From: Halorussus marinus
GTDB lineage: Archaea > Halobacteriota > Halobacteria > Halobacteriales > Haladaptataceae
Length of the DNA stretch: 64,000 nucleotides
Assembly: GCF_004765795.1 (NCBI RefSeq)
Contig: NZ_SBIV01000006.1
Span: 62,001 to 126,000 of the forward strand
Direction: 5' to 3'
A program made the translations under genes and the position numbers. The notes beneath the pieces are model-generated. The model had not been told where the DNA came from. It saw nothing but the letters and a program-made list of their open reading frames with translations, and did not search any database. Shown here in pieces: positions 40,107-51,085 of this stretch (position 1 is its first letter; each line of letters starts with the position of its first letter).

Positions 40107-41966
40107 TTACGGCCGCCCGAACAGCCGGCGCCGGAGGCTCCTGTCGGTCGCCCGTTCGGCGAGCACCACCGAGTTGTTCACCTCGTTGACGATGTCGAAG
40201 TGGAGCGAGTCGGTCATGAGTCGCGCGAGCAGGCCCTGCTCGGTCGCCCCGACCAGCAGCAGCGACCGATCGGCGGCCTCGCGGGCGATCGCGCCCTCGA
40301 CGTCGCCCGAGTCGTCGACCACCAGCTCGGCGTCTCCGAGGTCGTGGGCGTCGGCCCAGTCGGCGAGGAACCGCTCGCCCGCCTCGCGCTCGTCGGGGTC
40401 GTCGACGACACGCAACAGCGTCACTTCCGAGCCGGCCGTCTCGCCCAGCGCCCGGGCGACCTCGGCGTTCAGGTCCGCGTGGGCGTTGTCGGCCACCGGC
40501 AGGAGGATCCGGGAGGCGTCGAGCCCGCGGTCTTTGAACACGAGGAAGTCGGCCGGGAGCCGGCTCGTGAGCTCGTCGAGCGCGCGCTCGGCCCGCCCCG
40601 CCGACCACAGCCGGTCGTCACCCCAGCCCATCACCACGAGGTCGGCGCGGTTGCGCTCGGCGATGTCGAAGATCTCCTCGAACGACCGGTGGGAGACGAC
40701 CGTCGAGGTCCGCGAGTCGACGTCGTAGTGGTCGGCGATCTCCCGGATGTCGGCCATCAGCGCGTCGGACTCTTCGATGATGCGGTCGCGCTGGTCGACG
40801 TTGTACCCTTTCGGCGTCCGGTCGGGCGTCTGGACGATGTGGACGACGTGGACGCTGGCGTCGGGCTTCCGGGTCGCGAGCGCGCACGCCAGTTCCACGA
40901 GCGCGGTCTCGGTCCGCGGGTTCGAGATCGGGACGACGATGCGATAGCCCTCCCGGCCCTCGCCGCCGTGCTCGGCGGTGTCGATCAGCGGGACGTACGA
41001 TCGGCCCGCGACCCCGCCCAACAGCCACTCCCGGAGCGAGAGCTGGCGGTCGATCCCGTCGAACCGGGCGGATTCGAGGCGGTGGTCGGTGGTCTGGAAG
41101 TAGTTGACGATGGTGACCAGCACCACCCCGCCGATCGTGTTGCCGAGCAACACCGGCAACACGAACTCGACGATGCCGACCCAGAACGCGAGGTCGCCGT
41201 GAAGCACCAGATACACCATCTCGGTGAACGAGACCACAGAGTGGTACAGCCCTCCGAGCGGGATCGCGAGAAAGGCGATGTACACCACCGCGAGCCGCGA
41301 GATGGTGTCGCGGGCGGCGTACTCCACCCAGACGACCCCGGCGACGATGAGCCCCGCGAACGCGGCCTTCGAGAACAGGCTCCACCACGCGGTGTCGACG
41401 CCGGTCTGGCCGAGGTCCGCGGCGACCGCGGCCGCCTCCGGCGAGATGACCCCGCCGAACGCGAGCGCGGTCGCCCCGAGCGCCCCGCCGACGAAGTTGC
41501 CGGCCAGCACGACCGTCCAGTTTCGCAACAGCGCCGGGATGCTCGCCAGCCGTTCGAGCGCCAGCGCCACCGGCGGGAGCGTGTTCTCGGTGTAGAGCTG
41601 GTAGCCCCCGATGATGATGTAGATGAACCCGAGCGGGTACAACAGCGCGCTCACCACCGGATCACCGCCGGTGGAGGCCTTCAGCGAGACGTACAGCATG
41701 AAGGTGATGGTGATCGCGAACCCGGCCGCCAGCGCGCTGAAGAACAACTCGCGGCTCCCCGAGGTGATCTCCTCGTCGGCGGCCGCGATGATCCGCTGGA
41801 AGATCTCGTCCGAGGAGAACCGGTCGCGGACGACCGACCCGACCGCCGGCGCGCCGCTCCGCGAGCGCTCGACCGCCTCCCGCACCGACTCCTCGGGGTC
41901 GGGCGGCGCGCCCGAGTCGGGTGTAGTTCGACTCGACTCCGCAGGGCCGGTATCGGCGTCCGTCAT
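40107..41966 (-). CDS. Formate/nitrite transporter family channel fused to universal stress protein domains
   Basis: LYPLGF, LYTENT, GNFVGG, HSVV, LGNTIGG; C-terminal VVPISNP, ADLVVMG, RILLPV. Confidence 0.88.
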   Translation of the reverse strand: MTDADTGPAESSRTTPDSGAPPDPEESVREAVERSRSGAPAVGSVVRDRFSSDEIFQRIIAAADEEITSGSRELFFSALAAGFAITITFMLYVSLKASTGGDPVVSALLYPLGFIYIIIGGYQLYTENTLPPVALALERLASIPALLRNWTVVLAGNFVGGALGATALAFGGVISPEAAAVAADLGQTGVDTAWWSLFSKAAFAGLIVAGVVWVEYAARDTISRLAVVYIAFLAIPLGGLYHSVVSFTEMVYLVLHGDLAFWVGIVEFVLPVLLGNTIGGVVLVTIVNYFQTTDHRLESARFDGIDRQLSLREWLLGGVAGRSYVPLIDTAEHGGEGREGYRIVVPISNPRTETALVELACALATRKPDASVHVVHIVQTPDRTPKGYNVDQRDRIIEESDALMADIREIADHYDVDSRTSTVVSHRSFEEIFDIAERNRADLVVMGWGDDRLWSAGRAERALDELTSRLPADFLVFKDRGLDASRILLPVADNAHADLNAEVARALGETAGSEVTLLRVVDDPDEREAGERFLADWADAHDLGDAELVVDDSGDVEGAIAREAADRSLLLVGATEQGLLARLMTDSLHFDIVNEVNNSVVLAERATDRSLRRRLFGRP

Positions 41967-42104
41967 CGTCGGAACTGTCTCGCACAAAAAACTAAGCGTT
42001 TGGCATCTGCGTTCGGCTCGGCTCCGGGCGCGACCGGACCGCCCGACGCGGCAACCTCGTGGCCAACCGGTACGCATTAACCGTTCCCGTCGTAACCAAC
42101 CACC

Positions 42105-43013
42105 ATGGCCGACCCAACCGATATCGAGGAACTCAAGCGCGGTAGCGAACTCGTCAAGCGCGGGTTCGCCCAGATGCAGAAAGGCGGCGTCATCATGGAC
42201 GTGGTGAACCGCGAGCAGGCCCGGATCGCCGAGGACGCGGGCGCGGTCGCGGTGATGGCGCTCGAAGCCGTCCCCGCCGACATCCGCAAGCGCGGCGGCG
42301 TCGCGCGGATGGCCGACCCCGCCGACGTCGAGGAGATCATCGACGAGGTCTCGATCCCGGTGATGGGCAAGTCCCGGATCGGCCACACCAAGGAGGCCCA
42401 GATCCTCGAAGCGATCGGGGTCGACATGATCGACGAGTCGGAGGTCCTCACGCCCGCCGACGACGCCTACCACATCGACAAGCGGGAGTTCACCTCGCCG
42501 TTCGTCTGTGGCGCCCGGAACCTCGGCGAGGCGCTCCGGCGCATCGAGGAGGGCGCGGCGATGATCCGGACCAAAGGCGAGGCCGGCACCGGCGACGTGA
42601 ATCAGGCGGTCCACCACCAGCGCACCATCAAGGGCGCGATCCGGAAGATCGTGGGCATGAACCACGAGGAACGCGAGGCGTTCGCCCGCGAGATCGAGGC
42701 GCCCGCCCATCTGGTCCACGAGACCGCCGACGCGGGGCGGCTCCCGGTCGTCAACTTCGCGGCCGGCGGCATCGCCACCCCCGCCGACGCCGCGCTGATG
42801 ATGCACCACGGCTGTGACGGCATCTTCGTCGGCTCGGGCATCTTCGGTGCGGAGGACCCCGAGGCGATGGCCGACGCCATCGTGGCGGCGACCAACAACT
42901 ACGACGACCCCGAGCGCCTCGCGGAGATCAGCAAGGACATCGGCTCGGGCATGAAGGGCGAGGCCAACGCCGACCTCCCCGAGGAAGAGAAGTTGCAGGG
43001 CCGCGGCAACTGA
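42105..43013 (+). CDS. pdxS: Pyridoxal 5'-phosphate synthase lyase subunit
   Basis: [41 protein letters not shown]. Confidence 0.97.
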   Translation: MADPTDIEELKRGSELVKRGFAQMQKGGVIMDVVNREQARIAEDAGAVAVMALEAVPADIRKRGGVARMADPADVEEIIDEVSIPVMGKSRIGHTKEAQILEAIGVDMIDESEVLTPADDAYHIDKREFTSPFVCGARNLGEALRRIEEGAAMIRTKGEAGTGDVNQAVHHQRTIKGAIRKIVGMNHEEREAFAREIEAPAHLVHETADAGRLPVVNFAAGGIATPADAALMMHHGCDGIFVGSGIFGAEDPEAMADAIVAATNNYDDPERLAEISKDIGSGMKGEANADLPEEEKLQGRGN

Positions 43014-43032
43014 ACGGCGACCCGCCGACTTT

Positions 43033-43911
43033 TTATCGATAGATCTCCGCGCCCGATCCGACCTCGGTCGGGTAGGCGCGGGCGTCGACGCCCGCCTCCG
43101 AGAACCCCTCGACCATCGCGGCCGCCACCTCGCGGCGGTCGCCGGGCCGACACACCGCCAGCACCGACGGCCCCGAGCCCGAGACCGCGATCCCGGTCGC
43201 GCCCGCCTCGCGGGCCGCCGACTCGACCGCCTCGTAGCCGTCGATGAGTTCGGCGCGGGCGGGCGTGACGACCGGGTCGGCCATCCCCCGCCCGACGAGG
43301 TCGGGGTCGTCGCGGGCCATCCCGGCGACCAGCGTCGCGGCGTTGCCCACCGTCTCGACCGACTGATCCATCGTCACCGAGTCGGGGACGACCCCGCGGG
43401 CATCCCGGGTCGAGACGACGGTCTCGGGGAGACAGACCACCAGCGAGAGGTCGGCCTCGAGCGTCGTGATCCCGTCGTCGGTGACGATCGTGAACCCGCC
43501 GAGGATCGCGGGCGCGACGTTGTCGGCGTGGGCCTCGCCCGAGACGGCGGCCTCTCCCTCGGCGGCGACCCGGACCAACTCCTCGTCGGAGAGTCCGCGG
43601 TCGTAGAGTTCGTCTAGCGCGACAGCGGTCGCGGCCGCGCTCGCCGCCGACGAGCCCAGCCCCGAGGAGGGTCTGATCCCCTTGTCGATCTGGATGCGGG
43701 CCGGCGCGTCGAGCTCTCGGGCGACCACGCCCGCGGTGTTGTCGGCCGGGTCGGTCGGGATGAACTCCGCGCCAGCGCCCGTGATCTCGATCGTCGTCTC
43801 GCGGGCTCGCTCGACCCGCACCACGTCGCCCGGTCGGACGAGCGCGACCCCGAACACGTCGAAGCCGCTCCCGAGGTTCGCGCTCGTCGCCGGTGCCCGC
43901 ACCGTTAGCAT
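43033..43911 (-). CDS. thrB: Homoserine kinase
   Basis: PATSANLGSGFD, GLGSSAAS, HADNVAP, SGSGP. Confidence 0.96.
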   Translation of the reverse strand: MLTVRAPATSANLGSGFDVFGVALVRPGDVVRVERARETTIEITGAGAEFIPTDPADNTAGVVARELDAPARIQIDKGIRPSSGLGSSAASAAATAVALDELYDRGLSDEELVRVAAEGEAAVSGEAHADNVAPAILGGFTIVTDDGITTLEADLSLVVCLPETVVSTRDARGVVPDSVTMDQSVETVGNAATLVAGMARDDPDLVGRGMADPVVTPARAELIDGYEAVESAAREAGATGIAVSGSGPSVLAVCRPGDRREVAAAMVEGFSEAGVDARAYPTEVGSGAEIYR

Positions 43912-44030
43912 GTCCGACCGTTACGGGGGCCCCCGCAAAAACCTGCCGGGAGCCGGTGGCCCCGGCGATCCGCGCCGGCGGCCGGCGAGCTTCAACAAGA
44001 CCTTTGGCCGCCCGCGGCGAACCCGGTGGC

Positions 44031-45419
44031 ATGAAAGGTGTCGTCGGTGGGGGAATCGCGGGCCTCGCGGCCGCCTACCGCCTCCAGAAGCACGGTCACG
44101 ACGTGCAGGTGTTCGAAGCCAGCGACCAGATCGGCGGCCTCGCGGCGACGTACCAGACCCGGGGCGACCAGATCGAGAAGTTCTACCACCACCTCTCGGC
44201 GACCGAAGAGACCATCGTCGACCTCATCGAGGAGCTCGGACTGGCCGACGATCTGGTGTGGCCGATCGGCAAGAACGCCTACTACATGGAGGGGACCGTC
44301 TACCCCCTCGACAAGCCGTGGGAGATCGCGGCGTACCCGTACATGAGCGTCTACGACAAGTTCCGGCTCACGATGCTCACCCAGGAGATCGACGTCCGGG
44401 GCGGGGTCCCGAAGTTCGACACCTACGACGACCTCGAAGCGTTCGAGGACGTTCCGATCAAGGAGTTCCTGCTTGAGCACACCTCCCGTGGGGTGTACGA
44501 GAACTTCTTCGAGCCGCTGCTCGACGCGAAGTTCGGCGACCGCAAGGAGGACGTGAGCGCGGCGTGGCTCCTCGGGCGCATCAAGTTCCGGGGCGAGCGC
44601 GACCTCCTCCGGGGCGAGCCGCTCGGGTACCTCGAAGGCGGGTTCGGCCGCTTACTCGACGCGCTCGTCGCGGCGGTCGGCCGAGAGAACATCACCACCA
44701 ACGCCCGCGTCGAGGGGCTCGGCATCGAGGACGGCGCGGTCGGCGAGCTCACCGTGGCGGTCGAGGACGGCGCCGGCGCCGACGGTCCGGACGCGGCGGC
44801 CCACGCGGAGGCCGACGGCGGGACGACGACTCGGACGCACGCGGTCGACGACGTGGTGGTCGCGGCGATGCCCAACGTCCTCGAAGACCTCACCGGCTAC
44901 GAGTGCGACATCGACTTTCAGGGGGCGGTCTGTGCGCTCGTGACGATGGAGGAGTCGCTCACCGACACGTACTGGCTCAACATCGGCCACGACGCCCCGT
45001 TCGGCGCGCTCATCGAGCACACCAACTACGTCCCGCCCGAGCGCTACGGCGGCGATCGACTGCTGTACGTCGCGAGCTACATTCAGGACTACGAGGAGGA
45101 CCTCTGGCAGATGGACGACGACGAGATCGAGGCGCTGTGGCTCGACCACATCGAGGAGATGTTCCCCGACTGGGACCGCGACAGCGTCTCGCAGTTCCGG
45201 CTCGCCCGGAACCCGCGGGCCGCGCCGATCTACGAGCGCGGGTATCTCGACACGGTCGTCCCCTACGACCTCGCCGAGGAGGTCGCCGACGGCGTCTACT
45301 ACGCCGGGATGGCGAGCCGAGCCCAGTACCCCGAACGGAGCCTGAACGGCGGCATCCTCGCGGGCTACGAGTGCGCCGACCGGATCGTCGACCGGAAGGA
45401 AGTCGTCCGGACCGAGTAG
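44031..45419 (+). CDS. FAD-dependent oxidoreductase (protoporphyrinogen/amine oxidase-like)
   Basis: VGGGIAGL, IGGLA, EKFYHH, YPERSLNG. Confidence 0.85.
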   Translation: MKGVVGGGIAGLAAAYRLQKHGHDVQVFEASDQIGGLAATYQTRGDQIEKFYHHLSATEETIVDLIEELGLADDLVWPIGKNAYYMEGTVYPLDKPWEIAAYPYMSVYDKFRLTMLTQEIDVRGGVPKFDTYDDLEAFEDVPIKEFLLEHTSRGVYENFFEPLLDAKFGDRKEDVSAAWLLGRIKFRGERDLLRGEPLGYLEGGFGRLLDALVAAVGRENITTNARVEGLGIEDGAVGELTVAVEDGAGADGPDAAAHAEADGGTTTRTHAVDDVVVAAMPNVLEDLTGYECDIDFQGAVCALVTMEESLTDTYWLNIGHDAPFGALIEHTNYVPPERYGGDRLLYVASYIQDYEEDLWQMDDDEIEALWLDHIEEMFPDWDRDSVSQFRLARNPRAAPIYERGYLDTVVPYDLAEEVADGVYYAGMASRAQYPERSLNGGILAGYECADRIVDRKEVVRTE

Positions 45420-45450
45420 ATCCGATCCGTCCGGAACGCGCGACGATCGG

Positions 45451-46797
45451 TCACTCGGTCGGCTCTTCTCCGGGGGGCTCTTCGGACTCGGCTTCCCGCA
45501 CGAGCACCTTCGAGACACGGGCGCCCTCGACCCGCACGACCTCGAACGCGTAGCCGCCGGCCTCGATCCGGTCGCCGACCTCCGGGGCGCGCCCGAGCCG
45601 GTCGAGCACGAGCCCGCCGACCGTCCCGAAGTCGTCGATCTCGACGTCGGCGTCGAGTTCGTCGTTGACTTCCGAGATGGTGACGGTGCCGTCGACGGCG
45701 TAGCTCCCGTCTTCGCGGGCCTCGATCGACGGCTCGCGGGCGTCGACGTCGAAGTCGTCCCGGAGATCTCCGACGATCTGCTCGACGAGGTCTTCGACCG
45801 TGACGATTCCCTCGAACGATCCCCACTCGTCGATGATCGCCGCCATCTGGTTGCGCTCGCTCTGGAACTCGGCCAGCAGGTCGTCGATCCGGCCGGTCTC
45901 TGGCACCACCGGGAGCTCGCGAGCGAGGTCGCCGGCGGTCGCGTCCGACGGGCCGTCGCTCGACTCGCCGGCCCGCAACACGTCTTTCACGTCGACGAAG
46001 CCGACGACCTGATCGTCGTCGGCCTCCAGCACGGGGTAGCGGGTGTGGCCCTCGTCGATGATGACCTTGCGGAGGTCGGCCAGCGAGAGGTCGGCTCGGA
46101 CGCTCACCACGTCCGGCTGGGCCACCATGACCTCCCGCACCGAGGTGTCGTCGAGCTCGAACACCTGTTCGATCATCTCGACCTCCGCCTTGTCGATGTT
46201 GCCCTGACTCCCCGACCGCGACAGCACCATCAGGATCTCCTCTTCTTCGAGGGTCTCTTCGGTCTCGGAGGCCGGCGGGATGCCGAGCAGTCGGGTGAAC
46301 GCGTTCGCCGTGCCGTTGAACACGACGAGCCCCGGCAGGAACACGTAGTAGAAAAAGCGCATCGGGGGCGCGACGAACAGCGAGAGCTGTTCGGCGCGCG
46401 CGATCGCGATGGTCTTGGGCGCCAGCTCCCCGAAGACGACGTGGAGGAACGTGATGGTCCCGAACCCGATCGCGAACGCCGCGAGGTGGATCAGGTCCGG
46501 CGGGAGGATCGAGCCAAGAACCGGCTCGATCAGCGCCGCGACCGCGGGCTCGCCGACCCACCCGAGCCCGAGCGACGCGATCGTGATCCCGAGTTGCGTG
46601 ACCGCCAGATAGTCGTCGAGGTGTTTGAGCTCTTCCTGAAGCAGTTTCGCGCCCGACCGGCCCTCCTCGACGAGGCTGTCGACCGACGTCGACCGGACCC
46701 TGACGAACGCGAACTCCGCCGCGACGAAAAAGCCGTTGAGGACGACCAGAAACAGGGCGAACAGAACGCGACCGACCGAGAACGCGACGTCTACCAT
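45451..46797 (-). CDS. Hemolysin-family CNNM/CBS/CorC protein
   Basis: NGFFVAAEFA, GELAPK, HTRYPV, DEWGSFEGIVTVED, CorC domain. Confidence 0.92.
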   Translation of the reverse strand: MVDVAFSVGRVLFALFLVVLNGFFVAAEFAFVRVRSTSVDSLVEEGRSGAKLLQEELKHLDDYLAVTQLGITIASLGLGWVGEPAVAALIEPVLGSILPPDLIHLAAFAIGFGTITFLHVVFGELAPKTIAIARAEQLSLFVAPPMRFFYYVFLPGLVVFNGTANAFTRLLGIPPASETEETLEEEEILMVLSRSGSQGNIDKAEVEMIEQVFELDDTSVREVMVAQPDVVSVRADLSLADLRKVIIDEGHTRYPVLEADDDQVVGFVDVKDVLRAGESSDGPSDATAGDLARELPVVPETGRIDDLLAEFQSERNQMAAIIDEWGSFEGIVTVEDLVEQIVGDLRDDFDVDAREPSIEAREDGSYAVDGTVTISEVNDELDADVEIDDFGTVGGLVLDRLGRAPEVGDRIEAGGYAFEVVRVEGARVSKVLVREAESEEPPGEEPTE

Positions 46798-46802
46798 CCG
46801 GG

Positions 46803-47396
46803 TTACGCCTCGGCGTTCTCGTCACTGACGCCCGGCGCCTGACTCACGTCCACGTCCTCGGGCTCCTCGCCGCCGCCGACGCGGACCTCGCCGTCGGGAC
46901 CTTCGACGTACACGTCGTCGGCGAAGCCGCCCTCGGCGTAGGGGTGTTCGGGCTCGGCGAGCTTCTCGGGAGTCGAGGGGGCCTCGGGGATGTCGCTCGG
47001 GGGCGCGAACTCCCCGAGCGGGTCGTCGATGGCGATGCCGTGTCGTTCGAAGAACGTCTCGTAGCGCTCGTAGTGGTCGCCCAGTTCGTCGACCGGGAAC
47101 TCCATCATCTCGGTCCAGCCGTGGTTGTAGAAGTCGAAGTTGGCCTGGATGTGGGTGATCTCGCGGGCCTCGGCCTCGGGCGCGCCGTCCTGGAGCGCGG
47201 CGAGGTAGGTGTCCATCGTCGCGTCGAAGAAGGCGTCGAGGTGCTCGCGGCGCTCCTCGCGGCGCTCGGCGTCGGCCTTCCCGAGGAAGATGTCGGTGTG
47301 CATGTCGACGAGCTTCCCCTTCACGAGGTCCGAGACCATCGGGAGTTCGAGTGCCTTCTTCGATGCGAAGTGGCGGACGTTCTGGTTTATCTTCAT
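46803..47396 (-). CDS. Conserved haloarchaeal protein (DUF6149-like)
   Basis: AREITHIQANFDFYNHGWTEMME, GFADDVYVE. Confidence 0.8.
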   Translation of the reverse strand: MKINQNVRHFASKKALELPMVSDLVKGKLVDMHTDIFLGKADAERREERREHLDAFFDATMDTYLAALQDGAPEAEAREITHIQANFDFYNHGWTEMMEFPVDELGDHYERYETFFERHGIAIDDPLGEFAPPSDIPEAPSTPEKLAEPEHPYAEGGFADDVYVEGPDGEVRVGGGEEPEDVDVSQAPGVSDENAEA

Positions 47397-47501
47397 CACC
47401 CGAGAGTTAGGGCCGAACTCCTAAAAGATCGTTTGTTCGTGACTGTCTGTCACGATAGACAGATAGCAATCCACTTTAACCCCGACACTGAACGTTCGGC
47501 T

Positions 47502-48743
47502 ATGAGCGATTCGTACGTGATAATCGGCGACGGCATCGCGGGGAGTTCCGCTGCCGAGACCCTCCGAGAGGAGGCCCCCGACGCCGATGTGACAGTCATC
47601 ACCGACGAAGGTGAGGCCCTCTACAACCGCATCCTCATCAAGGAGTTCGCCAAGGGGAAGCTTCCGGAGGCTCCCATCTCGATCCACGAGCCCGACTGGT
47701 ACGAAGAGCGGGACATCGACCTCGAACTGAACACGTTCGTCACCGAGGTCGACCCCGACGCCCGCGAGGTCCACACCCACGACAGCGGCACCTACGAGTA
47801 CGACAAACTGCTCGTGGCGACCGGCGGCACCCCGACTCAGCTCCCGGTCGAGAACAGCGACGCCGAGGGTATCCACCACTTCTGGACGTTCCAGGACGCC
47901 CGGAAGATTCAGCAGGACGCCGCGGTGGCCGACACCGGCGTCGTCGTCGGGGCGGGACTGCTCGGGATCGACCTCGCGGCGGTGTGTGCCGCCCAGGACG
48001 TCGACGCCAAGTACATCATGCGGGGCAACCGCTGGTGGCGCTACGGGCTGAGCCTCGACGGCGCCGAGATCATCCACGACGCCCTCGAAGAGAAAGGCGT
48101 CGACCTCGTGCTGGAGAGCGGCGTCGAGCGCTTCGAGACCGACGACGACGGCGCGGTCGTCTCGACCGTCGACGCGAACGGCGAGACGTTCGACAGCGAG
48201 TTCGTCGGCGTCGCCATCGGGCTGAACTTCAACACCGAGTATCTCCAGGGCGCCGGCATCGAGGAGGACAACGGCATCGTCGTCGACGAGTACATGCAGA
48301 CGAACGTCGACGACATCTACGCCGCCGGGGACATCACCCGCTACTACGACACCATCCTCGACGAGCACGCCCAGAACGGCTCGTGGGGCTCGGCGAAAGA
48401 GCAGGGCCAGATCGCGGCCAAGAACATGGCCGCCGACGAGGAAGTCGAGTCGTTCCGGTGGGTCTCCTCGTACTCGATCACCCACTTCGACTTCCCGTTC
48501 CTCTCGTTTGGCTTCCCGACGCTGGGCGACGACGAGTGCGAGCGCAAGTACAGCGACACCGAGTGGCGCCGCCTCGCGTTCAAGGACGGCAAGCTGGTCG
48601 GCGGCGTCCTCATCGGCGACATCGCCCCGCAGGGCAAGTACAAGGACCTCATCCGCCAGGAGGCCGAGGTGGCCGACCAGAAGGAGGTCCTCCTCGAAAA
48701 GGAGTTCGACCCCGAGAACCTCGCGATCCGCCAAGAGCAGTAA
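47502..48743 (+). CDS. NAD(P)/FAD-dependent oxidoreductase (ferredoxin/rubredoxin reductase-like)
   Basis: IGDGIAG, ATGG, GAGLLG, TNVDDIYAAGD. Confidence 0.9.
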   Translation: MSDSYVIIGDGIAGSSAAETLREEAPDADVTVITDEGEALYNRILIKEFAKGKLPEAPISIHEPDWYEERDIDLELNTFVTEVDPDAREVHTHDSGTYEYDKLLVATGGTPTQLPVENSDAEGIHHFWTFQDARKIQQDAAVADTGVVVGAGLLGIDLAAVCAAQDVDAKYIMRGNRWWRYGLSLDGAEIIHDALEEKGVDLVLESGVERFETDDDGAVVSTVDANGETFDSEFVGVAIGLNFNTEYLQGAGIEEDNGIVVDEYMQTNVDDIYAAGDITRYYDTILDEHAQNGSWGSAKEQGQIAAKNMAADEEVESFRWVSSYSITHFDFPFLSFGFPTLGDDECERKYSDTEWRRLAFKDGKLVGGVLIGDIAPQGKYKDLIRQEAEVADQKEVLLEKEFDPENLAIRQEQ

Positions 48744-48824
48744 CCCGACCCGTTTTTTCGAATCCGATCGCCCCGGCCCTGTTGGCCGGCGTCCTTATCA
48801 GCGTCCGCGCCGAACGTCGCGCCG

Positions 48825-50345
48825 ATGGGGGAGTTCTCTCCGGCCGAGGAGCGCGACGAATCCGACGCCGACGACCCGCGACTGTCGGGCGCGGCGCTCC
48901 TCGACGCGGTCGCCGACGGCGTCTACCAACTCGACCGCGAGGGCCGGTTCGTGGCGGTCAACGACTCGCTCGCAGACCTGACTGGCCACTCGCGGTCGTC
49001 GCTGGTGGGCAGTCACGTCTCGCGGGTTCTCGACGTGCAGGACGTCGTCGGAGCCGAGACCGCCATTCGAGAGCTGTTGGTCGGCGAGTCCCGCGACGAG
49101 ATCCGGCTCACCTGCCCGGTGTTCACCGCAGGCGGCGACACCGTGGCGTGTGAGGTGCGGGCGAGTCCGATCCGGCTCAAGGGGGAGTTCCGCGGGACCG
49201 TCGGGGTCGTTCGCGAGGTCGACGACGCCGACGCCCCGGGAATCGATGACGTCGGCGAGCACCGGCAGGCGTTCGACGCGCTCGCGGAGGCGTCGGCCGA
49301 CGGCATCATCATGCTCGACGACGACAGCACGGTCCGGTACGCCAACCCCGCGGTCGAGCGCATCCTCGGCTACGAGCCCGACGAGCTCGTCGGCGCCTCG
49401 AAGATGACGATCATCCCCGAGCGGCTCCGGGAGGTCCACGCCGAGGCGCTCCAGCGGTACCTCGAAACCGGCCGCAAGCACATCGACTGGACCTACGTCG
49501 AACTCCCGGGGCGCCACGCCGATGGCCACGAGGTGCCGCTCGCGGTCTCGCTCAACGACTTCGAACACGCCGGCGAGCACTACTTCGTCGGCACCTTCCG
49601 GGACATCTCCGATCGCAAGGCGGCCGAGCGCGAACTCGAACGCCAGAACGACCGGCTCGAACGGTTCGCCAGCATGCTGGCTCACGAGCTCCGCAACCCC
49701 CTCGAGATCGCACGGGTGTCGGTCGAACTCCTCGACGGCGGCGACGAGGCGACCCGCGAGGAGATCGCGGACGCGCTCGGACGCATCGACGAGATCATCG
49801 ACGTGTTGCTGGCGATCGCCCGCGACCGCGAGCTGATCGAGGGCGTCGAGGCGGTCGCGCTCGCCGGCGTCGCCGCCGACGCGTGGGCCGACATCGAGAC
49901 CGGCGCGGCCACGCTGGAGAACGACGCCGAGGCGGTGGTCCGGGCGAACCCCAGCCACCTCCGCCATCTGCTGGAGAACCTGTTTCGGAACGCGATCGAG
50001 CACGGCTCGACCAGCGACGGTCCTTCGGACGACGGCGACTCGGAACCCGACTCCGCCGACTCCGACGACGCTCCGGTGACGGTGCGGATCGGCGACCTGT
50101 CGGACCCCGACCCGAGATCGGACGCGCCCGTCGGGGGCTTCTACGTCGAGGACACCGGCTCGGGCATCCCCGAGTCTCAGCGCGCCGCCGTCGCGGAGCC
50201 GGGTTTCACCACCGACGAGGCCGGAATCGGTCTCGGGCTCACCTTCGTCGCCGAACTCGCGGCGGCCTACGGCTGGGAGTGGTCGATCACCGAGAGCGAG
50301 GCGGGCGGCGCCCGCTTCGAGTTCGTCGGCGTCGGGCTCGCGTGA
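48825..50345 (+). CDS. PAS-PAS sensor histidine kinase
   Basis: Two PAS domains; AHELRNPL, ENLFRNAIEHG, DTGSGI, GIGLGL. Confidence 0.9.
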   Translation: MGEFSPAEERDESDADDPRLSGAALLDAVADGVYQLDREGRFVAVNDSLADLTGHSRSSLVGSHVSRVLDVQDVVGAETAIRELLVGESRDEIRLTCPVFTAGGDTVACEVRASPIRLKGEFRGTVGVVREVDDADAPGIDDVGEHRQAFDALAEASADGIIMLDDDSTVRYANPAVERILGYEPDELVGASKMTIIPERLREVHAEALQRYLETGRKHIDWTYVELPGRHADGHEVPLAVSLNDFEHAGEHYFVGTFRDISDRKAAERELERQNDRLERFASMLAHELRNPLEIARVSVELLDGGDEATREEIADALGRIDEIIDVLLAIARDRELIEGVEAVALAGVAADAWADIETGAATLENDAEAVVRANPSHLRHLLENLFRNAIEHGSTSDGPSDDGDSEPDSADSDDAPVTVRIGDLSDPDPRSDAPVGGFYVEDTGSGIPESQRAAVAEPGFTTDEAGIGLGLTFVAELAAAYGWEWSITESEAGGARFEFVGVGLA

Positions 50346-50454
50346 GCCACCGCCCGATCCACGAGTCGGGCCACTACTCTCTGGTCGCCGCGGGCGGCGG
50401 CGGAATCGAGACCCAACCCAACGTTGTTGTGGCTGGGGACAGAAGGTGGGCGGT

Positions 50455-50691
50455 ATGCCCCAACTCGAAATCGACCTCACGGACGACATGGACATGCAGA
50501 TCGACCAGCTCGTCTCCCAGGAGGAGTTCGTGGATCGACAGGAGGCCCTCGAAGAGATGCTCTCGCTCGGGATCAAGGAGTATCAGACGACCATGGGCAC
50601 CGACACGCGCGACGAGATGGAGTTCGCCGACGAGATGATGGAGACGACCGAGCGGTCGCTCGGCGAAGACGACGACGGCTATCGGTTCTGA
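50455..50691 (+). CDS. Small ribbon-helix-helix (CopG/CdrS-like) protein
   Basis: MPQLEIDLTD...IDQLV..EEFVDRQEA pattern with acidic tail. Confidence 0.75.
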   Translation: MPQLEIDLTDDMDMQIDQLVSQEEFVDRQEALEEMLSLGIKEYQTTMGTDTRDEMEFADEMMETTERSLGEDDDGYRF

Positions 50692-50804
50692 ACGCGCCCG
50701 TTCTCGGCGCCGAGTCGCTCCGTCGCTGTCCCGTTTTTTGTCCGGTCGATTGCTGTTAGGAGAAGATTTAAGTGTTTCCATGGTGTTTGTTACCTTGTAG
50801 CACG

Positions 50805-51041
50805 ATGGCAACGAACACGACATCCGGTTCGGACGCTCGAACGCTCCGCGTCCGTCCCATCGACGACGTGCCGCCGGACCGCCCGGTGTGGCACTTCGAC
50901 GAACTGCCCGAGCGCGCACAGCAGTTGCTCGCCGAACGAGACGACCGCGGCTGCGTCGCGGTCACGCCCGACCTCGCGTCGGCGTTCGCCGACGAGCCGG
51001 TCGTCGTGTTCTCCGAGTACCTCCTGATCGAGTCGGCCTGA
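50805..51041 (+). CDS. Small hypothetical protein
   Basis: HFDELPERAQ and VVVFSEY pattern; TTTAAG upstream. Confidence 0.7.
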   Translation: MATNTTSGSDARTLRVRPIDDVPPDRPVWHFDELPERAQQLLAERDDRGCVAVTPDLASAFADEPVVVFSEYLLIESA

Positions 51042-51085
51042 CCCGGACCGAAGGCGTTTTGCCCGCCACGCGCCCAACGGGGAGT

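Noticed and set aside
42105..43013. pdxS without pdxT, and carA without carB
   Set aside because: Split gene pairs are common in haloarchaea; absence from this window says nothing about the genome
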